Origin: Vulcanimicrobiota bacterium
Lineage (GTDB): Bacteria; Vulcanimicrobiota; Vulcanimicrobiia; Vulcanimicrobiales; Vulcanimicrobiaceae
Direction of reading: 5' to 3'
DNA length: 64,000 bases
NCBI GenBank assembly: GCA_963833095.1
Contig: CAWHWQ010000001.1
Coordinates: 672,001-736,000 of the forward strand
The notes below the pieces were generated by a model that made no database searches, was not told the DNA's origin, and was given only the letters and a program-made list of their open reading frames with translations. This document shows, piece after piece, positions 18,786-29,928 of the stretch. The number at the start of each line of letters is the position of its first letter. Position 1 is the stretch's first letter. A program made the translations under genes and the position numbers.

Positions 18786-19223
18786 TTAGACCCGGTCCGG
18801 TGCGACCTGGGGGCGATCGGCGGGCTGCATCGGCGGCGTCAGCGGAACCTGCATCGGCGGCGTCAGCGGCACGGGGCCGGTCTGCATCGGCGGGGGCGGA
18901 GGATTGGCCAACGCATAGGCCATGGCCGCGAGGGCCTTCTTGTCCAGGGCGATTACCAGCGCACGGATCACGTCCTCGTCGAGCTTGAGCAGTCGCTCGA
19001 GTTCTATCGATGCTGGACCGGTGCTGCGAAACTGCATCGCCACATAGTTGCCTTCACGCAAATCGGCGATTTCGTAGGCCAGGCGCTTGCGGCCGAGCTT
19101 CTCGATGTTGACCACCTCACCGCCCTGGTTCTTGATGATCTCACCGATCGCAGCCGCGCGCGAATCGACTTCGGCCTCTTCAAAATTGGGCCGCAGGATG
19201 TAGGTTACTTCGTAATCGTTCAT
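18786..19223 (-). CDS. rpsF: 30S ribosomal protein S6 with Pro-rich C-terminal extension
   Basis: YEVTYILRP, LGRKRLAYEI, EGNY and LKLDEDVIR. Confidence 0.96.
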   Translation of the reverse strand: MNDYEVTYILRPNFEEAEVDSRAAAIGEIIKNQGGEVVNIEKLGRKRLAYEIADLREGNYVAMQFRSTGPASIELERLLKLDEDVIRALVIALDKKALAAMAYALANPPPPPMQTGPVPLTPPMQVPLTPPMQPADRPQVAPDRV

Positions 19224-19228
19224 GGCTC

Positions 19229-19282
19229 GTTCCATCTATGGACGCCCTCGAGGGGCGGCCCCGTGTTTGGGGCAGGTGGTGG
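19229..19282 (-). promoter_or_regulatory. Putative S6:S18 autoregulatory leader
   Basis: Minus strand ccugcccc-aaacac-ggggCCG-ccccucgagggc-gucca directly upstream of rpsF; resembles the Bacillota rpsF leader layout (stem, CCR motif, gucca). Confidence 0.6.
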
Positions 19283-19377
19283 GGGAGATCAAAAGTCTCC
19301 CAAAACCCTGGAATCTTACACTAGCCTTCCCTTAAACGCAATGCCGCCCGTCGGGGGCAGTGCTAAGATGGGGGGCG

Positions 19378-22300
19378 ATGTCAATCGCCCGTTTTGCCGT
19401 CAACCGCCGGGTGGCCGTTTCCATGCTCGCCTTGGCGATCGTGGTCCTTGGCATTTTCGCCCTCCCGCGATTGCCGGTTGCCCTGCTCCCCAATTTCACC
19501 CCGCCGGTTGTCACCGTCTCGGTGACGTACCCCAACGTCGGGCCGGAGCAGATGGAAGCGCTGGTCACCCGTCCGATCGAGAACGCGGTGAGCCGCGTCA
19601 ACGGCATCGAACTGATCAACTCGGACTCTCAGCTCGGGCAAAGCAGGGTCACAGCCCAGTTCTACTACGGGACGAACCTCGACACGGCCGCCGTCGACGT
19701 GCAACAACAGGTCGATCAGATCCGCAGTCAGTTGCCCAACGACCCCAATCTGCAGCAGCCGCAAATCGCAAAGTGGGACTCCAATTCGTTGCCGGTCGTG
19801 CGTTTCTACGTGACCGATCCGAACATGCCGCTACGCGACCTGGGCGATCTCTTCGCGAATCAACTCTCCGATGAGTTCGCGTCGGTAGATGGGGTTGCCA
19901 ACGTCGTCGTCGGACAGGACCAACAGCGCGCGTTCATGATCGAACCCGACACGAACAAACTCGCTGCCTACGGTATGACGCTTAACCAAATCATCGGCCG
20001 CGTGCAGCAAGAGAATCTCAACCTCCCGGCCGGCATCGTGCAGGTTGGCCCCAACGAATACCAAGTGCGCGCCAACGCACTGCTCGCTAACGCCGCCCAG
20101 ATCGCCGATCTCGTGCTTGCCGTCAAGAACGGCAGCGTGATCCGCGTCGGCACCGTCGCAAAGGTCAGTGACTCGATCGAGGAGCAGCGCACCTACGAAC
20201 GCCTCAACGGCAAGCCGGCGATCGGCGTCGTGATCGACGCGCAGCCCAACGCCAACATCGTCGCCACGGCGGCCGGCACGTATCGCAAGATCGACCAAAT
20301 CACCAAGCGCTATGCCGGTATGAAGATCGGCGTTGTTTTCGATCAACAAAGCTTCATTCTCGAGGCGATCAACGCGCTCGAACACACGGCAATCTACGGC
20401 GCCATCCTAGCCGTCATCATCATTCTACTGTTCCTACATTCGTGGCGCACGACGCTGATCGTTGCGATTTCGCTGCCGATCTCGGTCCTCGGCGCGCTCT
20501 TCGTCGCGTACGTAAGCGGCTATTCGCTCAACATCATGACGCTGGGCGGCCTAGCGCTCGCGGTCGGCCTCATCGTCGACGACGCGATCGTCGTCATCGA
20601 GAACATCTACCGGCACATGGCGCTGGGACAATCGCCGCGCAACGCAGCCGAGAGCGCCACCACCGAAATCTTCAGCGCAGTTCTCGCGTCGTCGGTCACG
20701 GTATTCACGGTTTTCATTCCGCTGGTGCTCATCCCGGGGCTGCAAGGCTTGATCTTCACGCCGTTCGCGGTCATGGTGATGGCGGCGGTCGCGTTGTCGT
20801 TCATCGTCGCCGTCACAACGGTTCCGATGCTCTCGTCGATCCTGATTCGCAATAAATACGCGTCGGCAAATGGTCATGCCAACGGCAACGGAGGCACGCA
20901 AGGCGGCGGCGCATACACCCGTTTCGCACGCGGTTTCGACCGCGTCTACGACCGCTTCGAGCAATGGTACCGCAGCGTACTGGCGCGCGCCGTCGCGCGG
21001 CCCGGGCTGGTGGTCGCGATCGCGGTTGGCCTATTGTTTCTGACGATTGCAGCCGCCAAATTGGGCGCGGTCGCCACCGAAATTTTTCCGGCGTCCAACT
21101 CGGTCTTCGTGCGCTTCAATCTGCAGATGCCAACCGGAACCGCGGTCAACATCACGAATGCGACGTTCGGCGAAATCGAGCAGGCGATGCTCAAGGATCC
21201 CCGCGTGCTCTATGTCGGCGCATCGGTCGGTCAAGAAGGCTACATCGGCAACGGAACGCAGGTCACAAATCAGGGCAACCTTTCCGTCGAACTCAAGCCG
21301 CAGTACAGCGGCAATGACGCCGCGGCCTACGTGCGCGATTGGACGACGAAGCTAGGTAAAATTCCGGGACTGCGCACGTACGGGCGCACGGTCGATATCG
21401 TGCAGAACATAATCTCGCGCGGTCAAGATGCGCTCGACGTGCAAATCTTTGGTCCCGACGTGCGCACACTGTACAACCTGGCGCAATACACTGCTGTCCC
21501 TGCGCTTTCGCGTATTCCCGGTATTCAAACGCCGCAGAGTAGCATCTCGGCGTCGCAGCCCGAGCTCGACATCAACGTCGATCGGGCGAAAGCCGCGCAA
21601 CTCGGCATTTCGACGCAGGCGATTTCCAACACGATCGATACCGCAACGTCGGGCACGATCGCCTCATACATGCAAGTCAACGGCACGCAGTATCCCATCA
21701 TCGTGCAACTACCTCCGGATCAACGCCGCTCGCTGCAAAACGTGCTCTCGCTCCAAATTCCCCTCTCGGCGTTGCCCGGCGCAAGCACCGGAAGCGTTGC
21801 AAACGGTGCGGCGAGCGGCGCGCTGGGCGGATCGATCGTGCAAAGCTCGAGCGACCAGGGCGCCGGCGCGACCCTGCCGGTGATGGCGCTCCGAGAGCTG
21901 GCCAACATCAGCTTCGGGGCGGGCCCCTCGGAAATCACACGGCAAGACAAACTGCGCGAGATCGACGTTACAGCCGGCCTCGACACCGCACCGCTCGGTG
22001 CGGCGGTGCAAGCGGCGACCAAGATCATGAACGGCATCGCGCTTCCGCCCGGCTACTATTGGCAGTTCGGCCAAACCGTCACCCAGCAGAGTGACACGTT
22101 CGGAAGCCTCGGACTCATCGTGCTGCTTGCGATCATCCTCATCTACATGCTCCTCGCGGCGCAGTTCGAATCGCTCCTGCATCCCCTGGTGATCATGGTC
22201 GCGGTGCCGCTCGCTTCAACCGGCGTCGTGCTCTCGCTGTGGATCACGCATCGGGCCTTCGGCCTGACCGCCTTCATCGGCGTCTTGATGCTGGTCGGTA

Positions 22301-22671
22301 TCGTGGTCAAGAACGCGATCCTCGTGGTCGAGTTCACGAACCAGCTCCGCGAGCGAGGCTACGCGGTGAAGGAAGCGGTGCTCCATGCAGCGCCCCTGCG
22401 GCTGCGGCCCATCTTGATGACGACCCTGGCTTCGGTGGGCGGGATGCTGCCGATTGCCCTGGGCATCGAGGCCGGCAGCCAGACCCAGGCGCCCCTCGGC
22501 ACGGTGGTCATCGGCGGACTGCTCTTCTCGACTACCCTCTCGCTCATCGTGGTTCCGACGCTCTACCTTTGGGTCGCGCAGCACGTCGAGCCGCGCTTCG
22601 GCGGGTTCCACCGCCACCAAGGCACCCAGGCCACAATGACCACGCCGCTAGCCGTGCCAAGCGAGGTCTAG
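19378..22671 (+). CDS. RND efflux permease, AcrB/SwrC-like
   Basis: FAVNRRV, GLIVDDAIVVIENI, GIVVKNAIL and RLRPILMTT. Confidence 0.96.
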   Translation: MSIARFAVNRRVAVSMLALAIVVLGIFALPRLPVALLPNFTPPVVTVSVTYPNVGPEQMEALVTRPIENAVSRVNGIELINSDSQLGQSRVTAQFYYGTNLDTAAVDVQQQVDQIRSQLPNDPNLQQPQIAKWDSNSLPVVRFYVTDPNMPLRDLGDLFANQLSDEFASVDGVANVVVGQDQQRAFMIEPDTNKLAAYGMTLNQIIGRVQQENLNLPAGIVQVGPNEYQVRANALLANAAQIADLVLAVKNGSVIRVGTVAKVSDSIEEQRTYERLNGKPAIGVVIDAQPNANIVATAAGTYRKIDQITKRYAGMKIGVVFDQQSFILEAINALEHTAIYGAILAVIIILLFLHSWRTTLIVAISLPISVLGALFVAYVSGYSLNIMTLGGLALAVGLIVDDAIVVIENIYRHMALGQSPRNAAESATTEIFSAVLASSVTVFTVFIPLVLIPGLQGLIFTPFAVMVMAAVALSFIVAVTTVPMLSSILIRNKYASANGHANGNGGTQGGGAYTRFARGFDRVYDRFEQWYRSVLARAVARPGLVVAIAVGLLFLTIAAAKLGAVATEIFPASNSVFVRFNLQMPTGTAVNITNATFGEIEQAMLKDPRVLYVGASVGQEGYIGNGTQVTNQGNLSVELKPQYSGNDAAAYVRDWTTKLGKIPGLRTYGRTVDIVQNIISRGQDALDVQIFGPDVRTLYNLAQYTAVPALSRIPGIQTPQSSISASQPELDINVDRAKAAQLGISTQAISNTIDTATSGTIASYMQVNGTQYPIIVQLPPDQRRSLQNVLSLQIPLSALPGASTGSVANGAASGALGGSIVQSSSDQGAGATLPVMALRELANISFGAGPSEITRQDKLREIDVTAGLDTAPLGAAVQAATKIMNGIALPPGYYWQFGQTVTQQSDTFGSLGLIVLLAIILIYMLLAAQFESLLHPLVIMVAVPLASTGVVLSLWITHRAFGLTAFIGVLMLVGIVVKNAILVVEFTNQLRERGYAVKEAVLHAAPLRLRPILMTTLASVGGMLPIALGIEAGSQTQAPLGTVVIGGLLFSTTLSLIVVPTLYLWVAQHVEPRFGGFHRHQGTQATMTTPLAVPSEV

Positions 22672-22728
22672 GCTCCTAACCTCAAGAAAGCGTTCGGTAA
22701 GCGTTCTCTCGCTTTTCAGGGGTGCCCG

Positions 22729-25100
22729 ATGCTACGTCATCGCCTACTATTCGGCGCGGCTATCGCTGCGTTTGCTGCGCTCATTGCCGCTTGCGGTGGC
22801 GGCGGTAGCGGATCGAGCCCACTTCCCGCCGGCGCACCGGGAGGCTCCAAAACGACAGGCGCTACCGTCCGCGTGCTAATCCCCACGGCGAGCAGCTCGT
22901 CTTCGAATACGCGCAAACCGGCGTTCATTTCGCCGAGTACCGCGACGATCACCATCTCGGTCTACACCGTCAACGGCGCGACGCCGAGTCCGGCAACGGC
23001 CCCAGTTTCGGTTGCCCTTGCGACAAGCCCGGATTGCACCAACGCGACAAACGGCGTTATCTGCACGATCACGGTCACCGTTCCGGTGGCGACCGCCGTC
23101 GTGCTGCAAATCTCCAGCTACGATGCCAGCGGCAATCTGCTCGGACAAGGTCTGCTCGGACCGATCAATACCACGCTAGCGACAATCCCAACGCAGACCG
23201 TTTCCGTCGGCGGCGTCCCGGCGACGATCGTCCTTAGCCCAAGCGGTCTTGCCGCCGGCGACGACGGTGCTACGCATCCCATACCATTTTTGGTCTCTGC
23301 GCTCGACGCGGCCGGGAACACGATCATTGCGCCGGGCTCGTATCCCAATCCGATTACCCTTTCGATTTCCGGGGATACGAACGGTGCACTTGCGCTTTCC
23401 ACGACGACCATAGCGTCGCCCGGTCCAACCACCGTCACGCTACACTACAATTCGGCGGTTGCAATCACGCAAGCGACGATCACCGCCAAGTCGGGCACGC
23501 TCAGCGCGTCCGTTCCCTTTGCACCGATCGTCTTCTCGCCAACCTCGCTCCCGTCGCTTTTTGTCGGCGGCTCAATGCAAACGGTGACGGTGAGCGAAGC
23601 CGGCTACGGCGCCGCGTTCAACCTGAGCGGCGGGAGCACGACCGCGTCCGTCACGTGCGTCCCGTCGAACTGCACGCCGGCGAGTGTCGGCGGCAGCGTC
23701 ACGATTGATGTTGCGCCTGGAAGCAGCGCCGGCACTGAAAGTGTTAGCGTCATCGACGCGAACGGCGGCTTTGCGAACATCCCGGTTACCGTGACCCAGT
23801 CGGGTGGCGGCGGTGAACTCGTGGCGCCGTCATACACGATCGACGAATATCCGGCAACGGCTCCATGCGGCGGCCCGCCGCAGAATCTACGGCATCGCCG
23901 ATGGGTCCCGACGGGCAGATCCTTTGGTTCCTCGATCAAGGCGATGCGGGACTCGATTCGGTTATTGCATCTCCGGCGCCTGCACCACGTCGACTGCGGA
24001 ATGATCGGCGTCAGTAGCCCGTTTGTCACGTGCCCTCCCGCACTTCGGCTACAACTGTTACGGTCTGCAATCGATCATCGCTGCCTCCGACGGCAACCTG
24101 TACGTGGCTGACGTTGGGAATCGTGGGCCACGGCAATACCGATTCGGCACTGCCTACCAAGTACCGGTTGCAGTAGCGACGTACTTCTATCTGCAACGTC
24201 GCCGATGACAAGCGATGCCCGTTGCCACACCCCAGGCCGGCGCGATGCTCGCCGCACCCGACGGCAATATTTACTGTCTCGTCGCAATATGCCAAGTCGG
24301 GATGTTGCGGCGGCACCATCATGGACTCGACGATATGCCGGCTGCTGCTCGTTCAACTCCACTTTCCTTGCCTGCGCCGAGTGGCGTCGTCGCCACCGTA
24401 TAATACATCCTATGTCAACGGTATGATCGTCGACTCATGCGGGCACGACGCTATGGTTCACTGACGGCGGCACGGGAAACGTCGGCTTCATGCCGATACC
24501 TTGCGCAGGCGGTTGCGGCATCACGGAACTCCCACAGAATGTCTCGACGTGCAACAAGAATGCGGTGCACGTCATCGACCATCAGCCTTACACGCGGGCA
24601 AGAGGATCGTGCATCCATTCACCGCAGAAGGCACCGATACATTATCGTCAACGCTGTGGCCATCCGCAATTGCGCCGGCGCTCAACGGCATCGTTTCGGG
24701 CCCCGACGGGAATCTCTACGTTGCCGAGGCGGGTGCAATCACATGATCGATCAGACTCGACCTCAACGGTCTGGGAATAGCGCATCGTCGGGAAGTTACA
24801 CTCCGTACACACTCGACGTGCACGTACTCGCCGATACCATTACCGCAGAGAGCGGTATACCGATGAAATTTAACCATCGGTCGCAGATGGCAACGTCTGG
24901 TTCACCGACACGACTGGCTACGTCGGGTTCATTTCGCTGAGTACGCTGTGCGAGTCGTCGAACGTGTAAAGCGTTCGAATACTCAGCGGGCTGGGACGCC
25001 CTGGGGAATTGCGCGCCGGATCCGACGGAGATATTTGGTTCACGGATTCAGTTCTACCGACTCGAATGGTAATAACATCGGAAAGGTGGTGCTCCAGTGA
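22729..25100 (+). pseudogene. Large lipoprotein with Ig-like segments and C-terminal Vgb-lyase-like beta-propeller; many frameshifts after ~23885
   Basis: Lipobox LIAAC-GGGG; propeller blades recur in shifting frames (GPDGQILWF, ASDGNLYV, APDGNIY, GPDGNLYVAE, ADGNVWFTD, GSDGDIWFTD) and end GNNIGKVVLQ-stop at 25100. Confidence 0.7.
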
Positions 25101-26877
25101 ACCGGCCGCACGTCATCGCACGTCATTGTCATTGCTCTGCGCTGCTGACCGCATGCGGCGGCGGAGGCGGCAAAGGGAGATCATTGCCTCCGACCGGCGT
25201 CGGCCCGCAAGCAAGAAGATCGGAACTGCGACGTTCACGCTGAAAATCCCGAGCTCGTCGACGATGACCAAACTGCGCCGCCGCTACTATCAGTCGCAAG
25301 CGACGCAAGGCGTGGCAATCGATTGGATGTCGACAAATCCGAGTGCGCCCGATTACTCCGCGCCCATCACCGCGACGTGTCCTAGTCCTGCGCCAAGTGC
25401 ATATCCGCCGGGCGTTACGAACTGCGTCGGGCCAACGCAGTCGGCCGATGGCGGTACCGACTACACGTTCCAGTTGTCGATTCCGGCGGGAACCTATCCG
25501 AACTTCACCGTGACGACCTTCGATCAAGCGCCGGCAAGTGGCGAAACGTTCACTGCGAGTGCAAATATGCTTGCGCAAGGTCAACTCGCCGCGCCCGTCG
25601 TGATCACCGGCGGCTCGAGCAACACGATTCCGAATCTCACGTTCTACGGCATCCCTGCCGCGGTGAGTTTCGTTCCCGGCCCGGCGCAGTCGCACGTCGT
25701 GACATATGGTGGCAACCTCGCCGTGATCGGCAATGCCCCGCAGACGTTCTTCGCGCAAGCAGTTGATGCCGATGGCTTCGTCATCGACAGCACCGACAGT
25801 AGCGCACCAACCGTAACGGTTGCTGAAGCGGAGAGCGATTCGCCGCAAGAGTTCACCATCGCGACGACGGCGACGCCATACGAATATACACTGACAGCGA
25901 AAAACGCAATCGCAACGCAACAATCGATTTGAATGCGATGCCCGGCGGGACCGGTCTCTTGTCGATGGTCGGACGCGTCATGTTAACGCCGATTCAAGAA
26001 CTGTGGACAACGAAGCCGGTGGTACCGGGCTCGATGGGCGTCTTCCGGCTTTCCATTGTATCAACGAACTCGTACTTGCCCAGCGTGTTCCTCGACTACT
26101 CCGATCCGACAACTCTGCTCGCGGCTACCTGCAATTGGTATTACTCCGCGATCGACCGAACGGGGGATCTCTGGGTCGAATCGCGAGGGACACCGGGCGT
26201 TTACGAGTTCGCAGCCGGGGCGCGGTTCGCAGGGCTTGTCGCGCCAAGCGTCGCGGCGACGGTTATTCCGCTCGGAACTCACGCCCACAATCAGTCGCAA
26301 TCGATGCAACGGCAAACATCTACGTCGTCCGACTATCGATGATTCGACGATTAAGATCTATAACACGTCTGAACGCACCGTCGTCGACAGCGCTGGTGAC
26401 AATCACCGACAGCAACGCGATCCCCGCGTCGAATACGCCAATGCCCTGCGCTCGAACGGAGACATTTAGGTCGGCGATTCGCCGGTATCACGGTATTTGG
26501 CCCATACAGCGGCCGACGCGAGGCAATCGTCCCAGTTGGACGGATCACCAGCGGCTCGGGTATCCCAAGGGCTTGCTTTCGATTCATCCGGGCAATTGTG
26601 GATTTACGACGAGGACGGCGGCGTCGTCGCCGTGTAACTATCGGCGGAACACAACAAGCGTAACGCAGTCGGCGCCGCCATGCGCTATCACCGGGTCGAT
26701 CGATCGAGCTGGCTCAGAGCAACTCGGCGTCACGGCACAAGGCGCCGGATGGATGGGCGGACCCGGTTCGTTGAACGGCATCTATGCGTACGTTCACCGA
26801 AGCTCTACGCTCGCGACATCGACGCTCTAGAGCAACTTCGGTTCAACACAATTCGTCAGCGTATGGTCGGTAATTGA
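25097..26877 (+). pseudogene. Second lipoprotein with NHL/propeller-like C-terminus, frameshifted
   Basis: GTGA overlap; LTAC-GGGGG lipobox in a broken frame; clean middle ORF 25200-25930; fragments AIDRTGDLWV and DSSGQLWI; end approximate. Confidence 0.55.
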
Positions 26878-26894
26878 TCGCGCCGTAGCCGACG

Positions 26895-27625
26895 CTAGCG
26901 AACGAAAAAGACGATCGTCATGATCGTGCCGATCGCGATGACGAACCATCGGCCATATGCTTCTGGTACGCGGCGAAAGAGATGCGCGCCGACGTATCCG
27001 CCGATGAGCGCCACGACGGCCATCGGAATTGCGTAGCGCCAGTCGATGATCCGTGCGATCAAAAACGGTACGAATCGAAAACCCGTTGATCGCGACCGCG
27101 AGCACGTTCTTCATGCCGTTGGTCGCGTTGAAGCTCGGCAAGTCCGAGAAAGCGAGCAGCGCGAGCATCATGATCCCGATTCCCGCGGTGAAGTAGCCGC
27201 CGTAGACCGCGACGGCAAACTGCGCACATATTGCCATGACTGGTGCGTCGGGTGGCCGCCGCGCGATTTGGTCAGCAAGCGGACTCGCAGCGAAAAGCGC
27301 TGTCGCGAAGAGCAAGAGCCACGGAATGAGCCGGTTAAACGCGGCCGGCGGCGTGAGCAGGAGCAGCGATGCGCCTAGCACGGCGCCGACGATGCTAATC
27401 CCGAGCATCGCATACAGCATGCTCTTGTGCGGCTGCACGTCGCCCCAATAGGCGCGCGCGCCACCGAGCGTGCCCACCCACATCGCGGCGCTGTTAGTCG
27501 CATTGGCGGGAATCGACGGAACGCCGGCCAGGATCAGCGCGGGAAAACTCAAGAAGCTTCCGCCGCCTGCGATGCTGTTCATGGCCCGCAAAAAAAGCTG
27601 CCCCGATGGGCAGCAGTTCGTTCGA
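26895..27625 (-). pseudogene. TauE/SafE (TSUP) transporter with frameshifts near 27075 and 27585
   Basis: MNSIAGGGSFLSFPAL, ANATNS and YGGYFTAGIGI; an alternative frame completes VPFLIARIIDWRYAIPMA...VFFVR-stop. Confidence 0.8.
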
Positions 27626-27630
27626 AAGAG

Positions 27631-29796
27631 TCAGGAGCCCGCGGCGCTCTTCTCGCGTTTCGTGACGCGGTAGACGCGGCGCACGTTACGTAGACCCTCG
27701 AGCTTGGTGAGGATCTTGTGCAGATGATCGAGATCGCGAATCATCACGGTAAGGCTCGTCACCGCCATACCGTCCCGGCGCACCCGCGCGGTTACGGAAC
27801 TCACCGTCGTCTTGAGCTCAGCGAACACGGCCATGATGTCTTGCAGCAGTTGCGCGCGATCTTCGGCTTCGACTTCAACGTCGACCGAATGCATCATGTC
27901 GGCGCTTGCGACCCACTGCGCTTGCAAAATGCGCTCGGGTGTGGCGCTCATGTAGGCGACGTTGGGGCAATCGGCGCGATGCACGCTCACGCCGCGGCCG
28001 ATCGTCACATAGCCGATGATCGGGTCGCCCGGCACGGGGGAACAGCACTTGGACAGACGCACGAGCACGTCGTCGACGCCGGCGATGCGCACGCCGCTCG
28101 ATTTGCGCGCGGTCTTGCGGACCGTGGGCTTGCGAATCTGGGTCAGATCGACGACGTTATCGCCCTTGATCTCTTCGCGGATGCGGTTGAACACCGACTG
28201 CGCGGAGGCATCGCCGAAGCCAATCGCTGCGAACAGATCGGTCGGCGTGGGATAGTTCATGCGATGAGCGATGCGTTCGATCAGCTCGCCGCGCGCAAGA
28301 TCGGGCCGCATGCGCTCGCGTGCAAGCTCGGCTTCGACGGCCTCTTGCCCCGCGAGCACGTTCTCCTCGCGCTGTTCCTTACGGAACCACTGTTTGATCT
28401 TGTGCTTCGCGCCGCCGGTCTTGACGATCGAGAGCCAATCGAGTGAGGGTCGCCCGCTGGATTTATTGACCAGAATCTCGCAGATATCGCCGTTTTGCAA
28501 CGAACTGTCGAGCGGGACGATGCGGCCATTGACTTTCGCGCCGACGCAGTGGTTGCCGACGTCGGTGTGCACCTGATAGGCGAAGTCGAGCGGCGTTCCG
28601 CCGGCCGGAATCGAGAACACGTCGCCACGCGGCGAGAAGACGAAGGCTTGCGAATCAAACAGATCGAGTTTGAGGTTCTCCATGAACATGCGTGAATCGC
28701 GCATGTCCTTTTGCCATTCGAGCAGCGCGCGCAGCCAGGAGAGCTTGTTCTCGAACTGATCGGCCTTGCTGCCTTCTTTATAGCGCCAATGCGCGGCGAT
28801 CCCGTACTCGCTGGTGCGATGCATCTCCCACGTGCGGATCTGAATCTCGAGCGGCTCGCCCTGCGGCCCCACGACGGTCGTGTGCAACGATTGGTACATG
28901 TTGGGCTTGGGCATCGCGATGTAGTCTTTGAAGCGCCCCGGCAGCGGCGTCCACATCGCGTGCACGGCACCCAGCGCCGCGTAACAATCTTTTACCGAGT
29001 CGACGATGATGCGAATGGCGGTCAGATCATAAATCGTCTCGAAATCACGGCCCTTCTTGATCTTGGAATAGATCGAATAGAAGTGCTTTGGGCGCCCTTG
29101 AATCTCGGCGTTGACCGCCATCTCGGCAAACTCGCTGCGAAGCCGCTCGATCGCTTCGTGTACGTCGTTCTCGCGCTCACGTCGCGTCTTGGCCACGCGC
29201 TCGACGATCTCGCGATAGCCCTCGGGATCGAGGTAGCGCAGGCACTCGTCCTCGATCTCCCACTTGATCTTCCAGATACCTAGGCGGTGCGCGATTGGCG
29301 CGTAGATGTCGATCGTCTCGCGCGCTATCGAAAGGCGTTTAGCCGGGGGCAGGCTCTCCAGCGTCCGCATGTTGTGCAGCCGGTCGGCGAGCTTGATAAT
29401 GATGACGCGAATGTCGCGCGCCATCGCCATAAACATCTTGCGCAGGTTTTCCACCTGCGCGTCTTCTTTGGATTGATACGGGATGCGGGTTAGCTTGGTG
29501 ACCCCCTCGACCAGGCTCGCGATCTCTTCCCCAAATTCTGCGGTCACCTGTTCGCTGGTGATCGAGGTGTCCTCGACCACGTCGTGCAGCAGCGCTGCCG
29601 CAATCGTCTGACGGTCCATTTCGAGGTCGGCCAGGATGCCGGCTACAGCGAGCGGATGTTCGATGTAGGACTCGCCCGAGGCGCGGCGCTGCCCATCATG
29701 AGCCCGGTCGGCCACCTCATAGACGCGCCGCAGCCACTCACCGTCGAGGGTGGGGTCGTAGGTTTGGACGGCGCCGATCAGTTCCGCAATGGTCAT
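27631..29796 (-). CDS. rel: Bifunctional (p)ppGpp synthetase/hydrolase
   Basis: HD domain (AALLHDVVEDT), synthetase (RFKDYIAMPKPNMYQSLHT, EIQIRT), TGS and ACT domains. Confidence 0.98.
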   Translation of the reverse strand: MTIAELIGAVQTYDPTLDGEWLRRVYEVADRAHDGQRRASGESYIEHPLAVAGILADLEMDRQTIAAALLHDVVEDTSITSEQVTAEFGEEIASLVEGVTKLTRIPYQSKEDAQVENLRKMFMAMARDIRVIIIKLADRLHNMRTLESLPPAKRLSIARETIDIYAPIAHRLGIWKIKWEIEDECLRYLDPEGYREIVERVAKTRRERENDVHEAIERLRSEFAEMAVNAEIQGRPKHFYSIYSKIKKGRDFETIYDLTAIRIIVDSVKDCYAALGAVHAMWTPLPGRFKDYIAMPKPNMYQSLHTTVVGPQGEPLEIQIRTWEMHRTSEYGIAAHWRYKEGSKADQFENKLSWLRALLEWQKDMRDSRMFMENLKLDLFDSQAFVFSPRGDVFSIPAGGTPLDFAYQVHTDVGNHCVGAKVNGRIVPLDSSLQNGDICEILVNKSSGRPSLDWLSIVKTGGAKHKIKQWFRKEQREENVLAGQEAVEAELARERMRPDLARGELIERIAHRMNYPTPTDLFAAIGFGDASAQSVFNRIREEIKGDNVVDLTQIRKPTVRKTARKSSGVRIAGVDDVLVRLSKCCSPVPGDPIIGYVTIGRGVSVHRADCPNVAYMSATPERILQAQWVASADMMHSVDVEVEAEDRAQLLQDIMAVFAELKTTVSSVTARVRRDGMAVTSLTVMIRDLDHLHKILTKLEGLRNVRRVYRVTKREKSAAGS

Positions 29797-29928
29797 GGGA
29801 GTATCTGACTATACTCTCATAATCGACCAACCGTAGCAACGAAAGATATCCCAGGGCTCTAGCAGATCCCTGAGGTTTGGTCGGGCAAATAAGGGGCGAG
29901 CTGACGAAGAGCCCGCTAAAGCAACGCT

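Noticed and set aside
18747..19874. 375-aa plus-strand ORF and similar long Arg/Ala-rich alternative ORFs (155-1033, 6128-7237, 38824-39837)
   Set aside because: Shadow frames of well-supported genes in high-GC DNA
23880..26877. Programmed frameshifting or phase variation in the lipoproteins
   Set aside because: Shifts are numerous, not at consistent slippery or homopolymer sites, and also hit an unrelated transporter
29797..29928. Possible structured RNA upstream of rel (gggctct/agagccc and cgaccaa/ttggtcg pairings)
   Set aside because: Only 7-bp complementarities in GC-rich DNA and no recognisable RNA family
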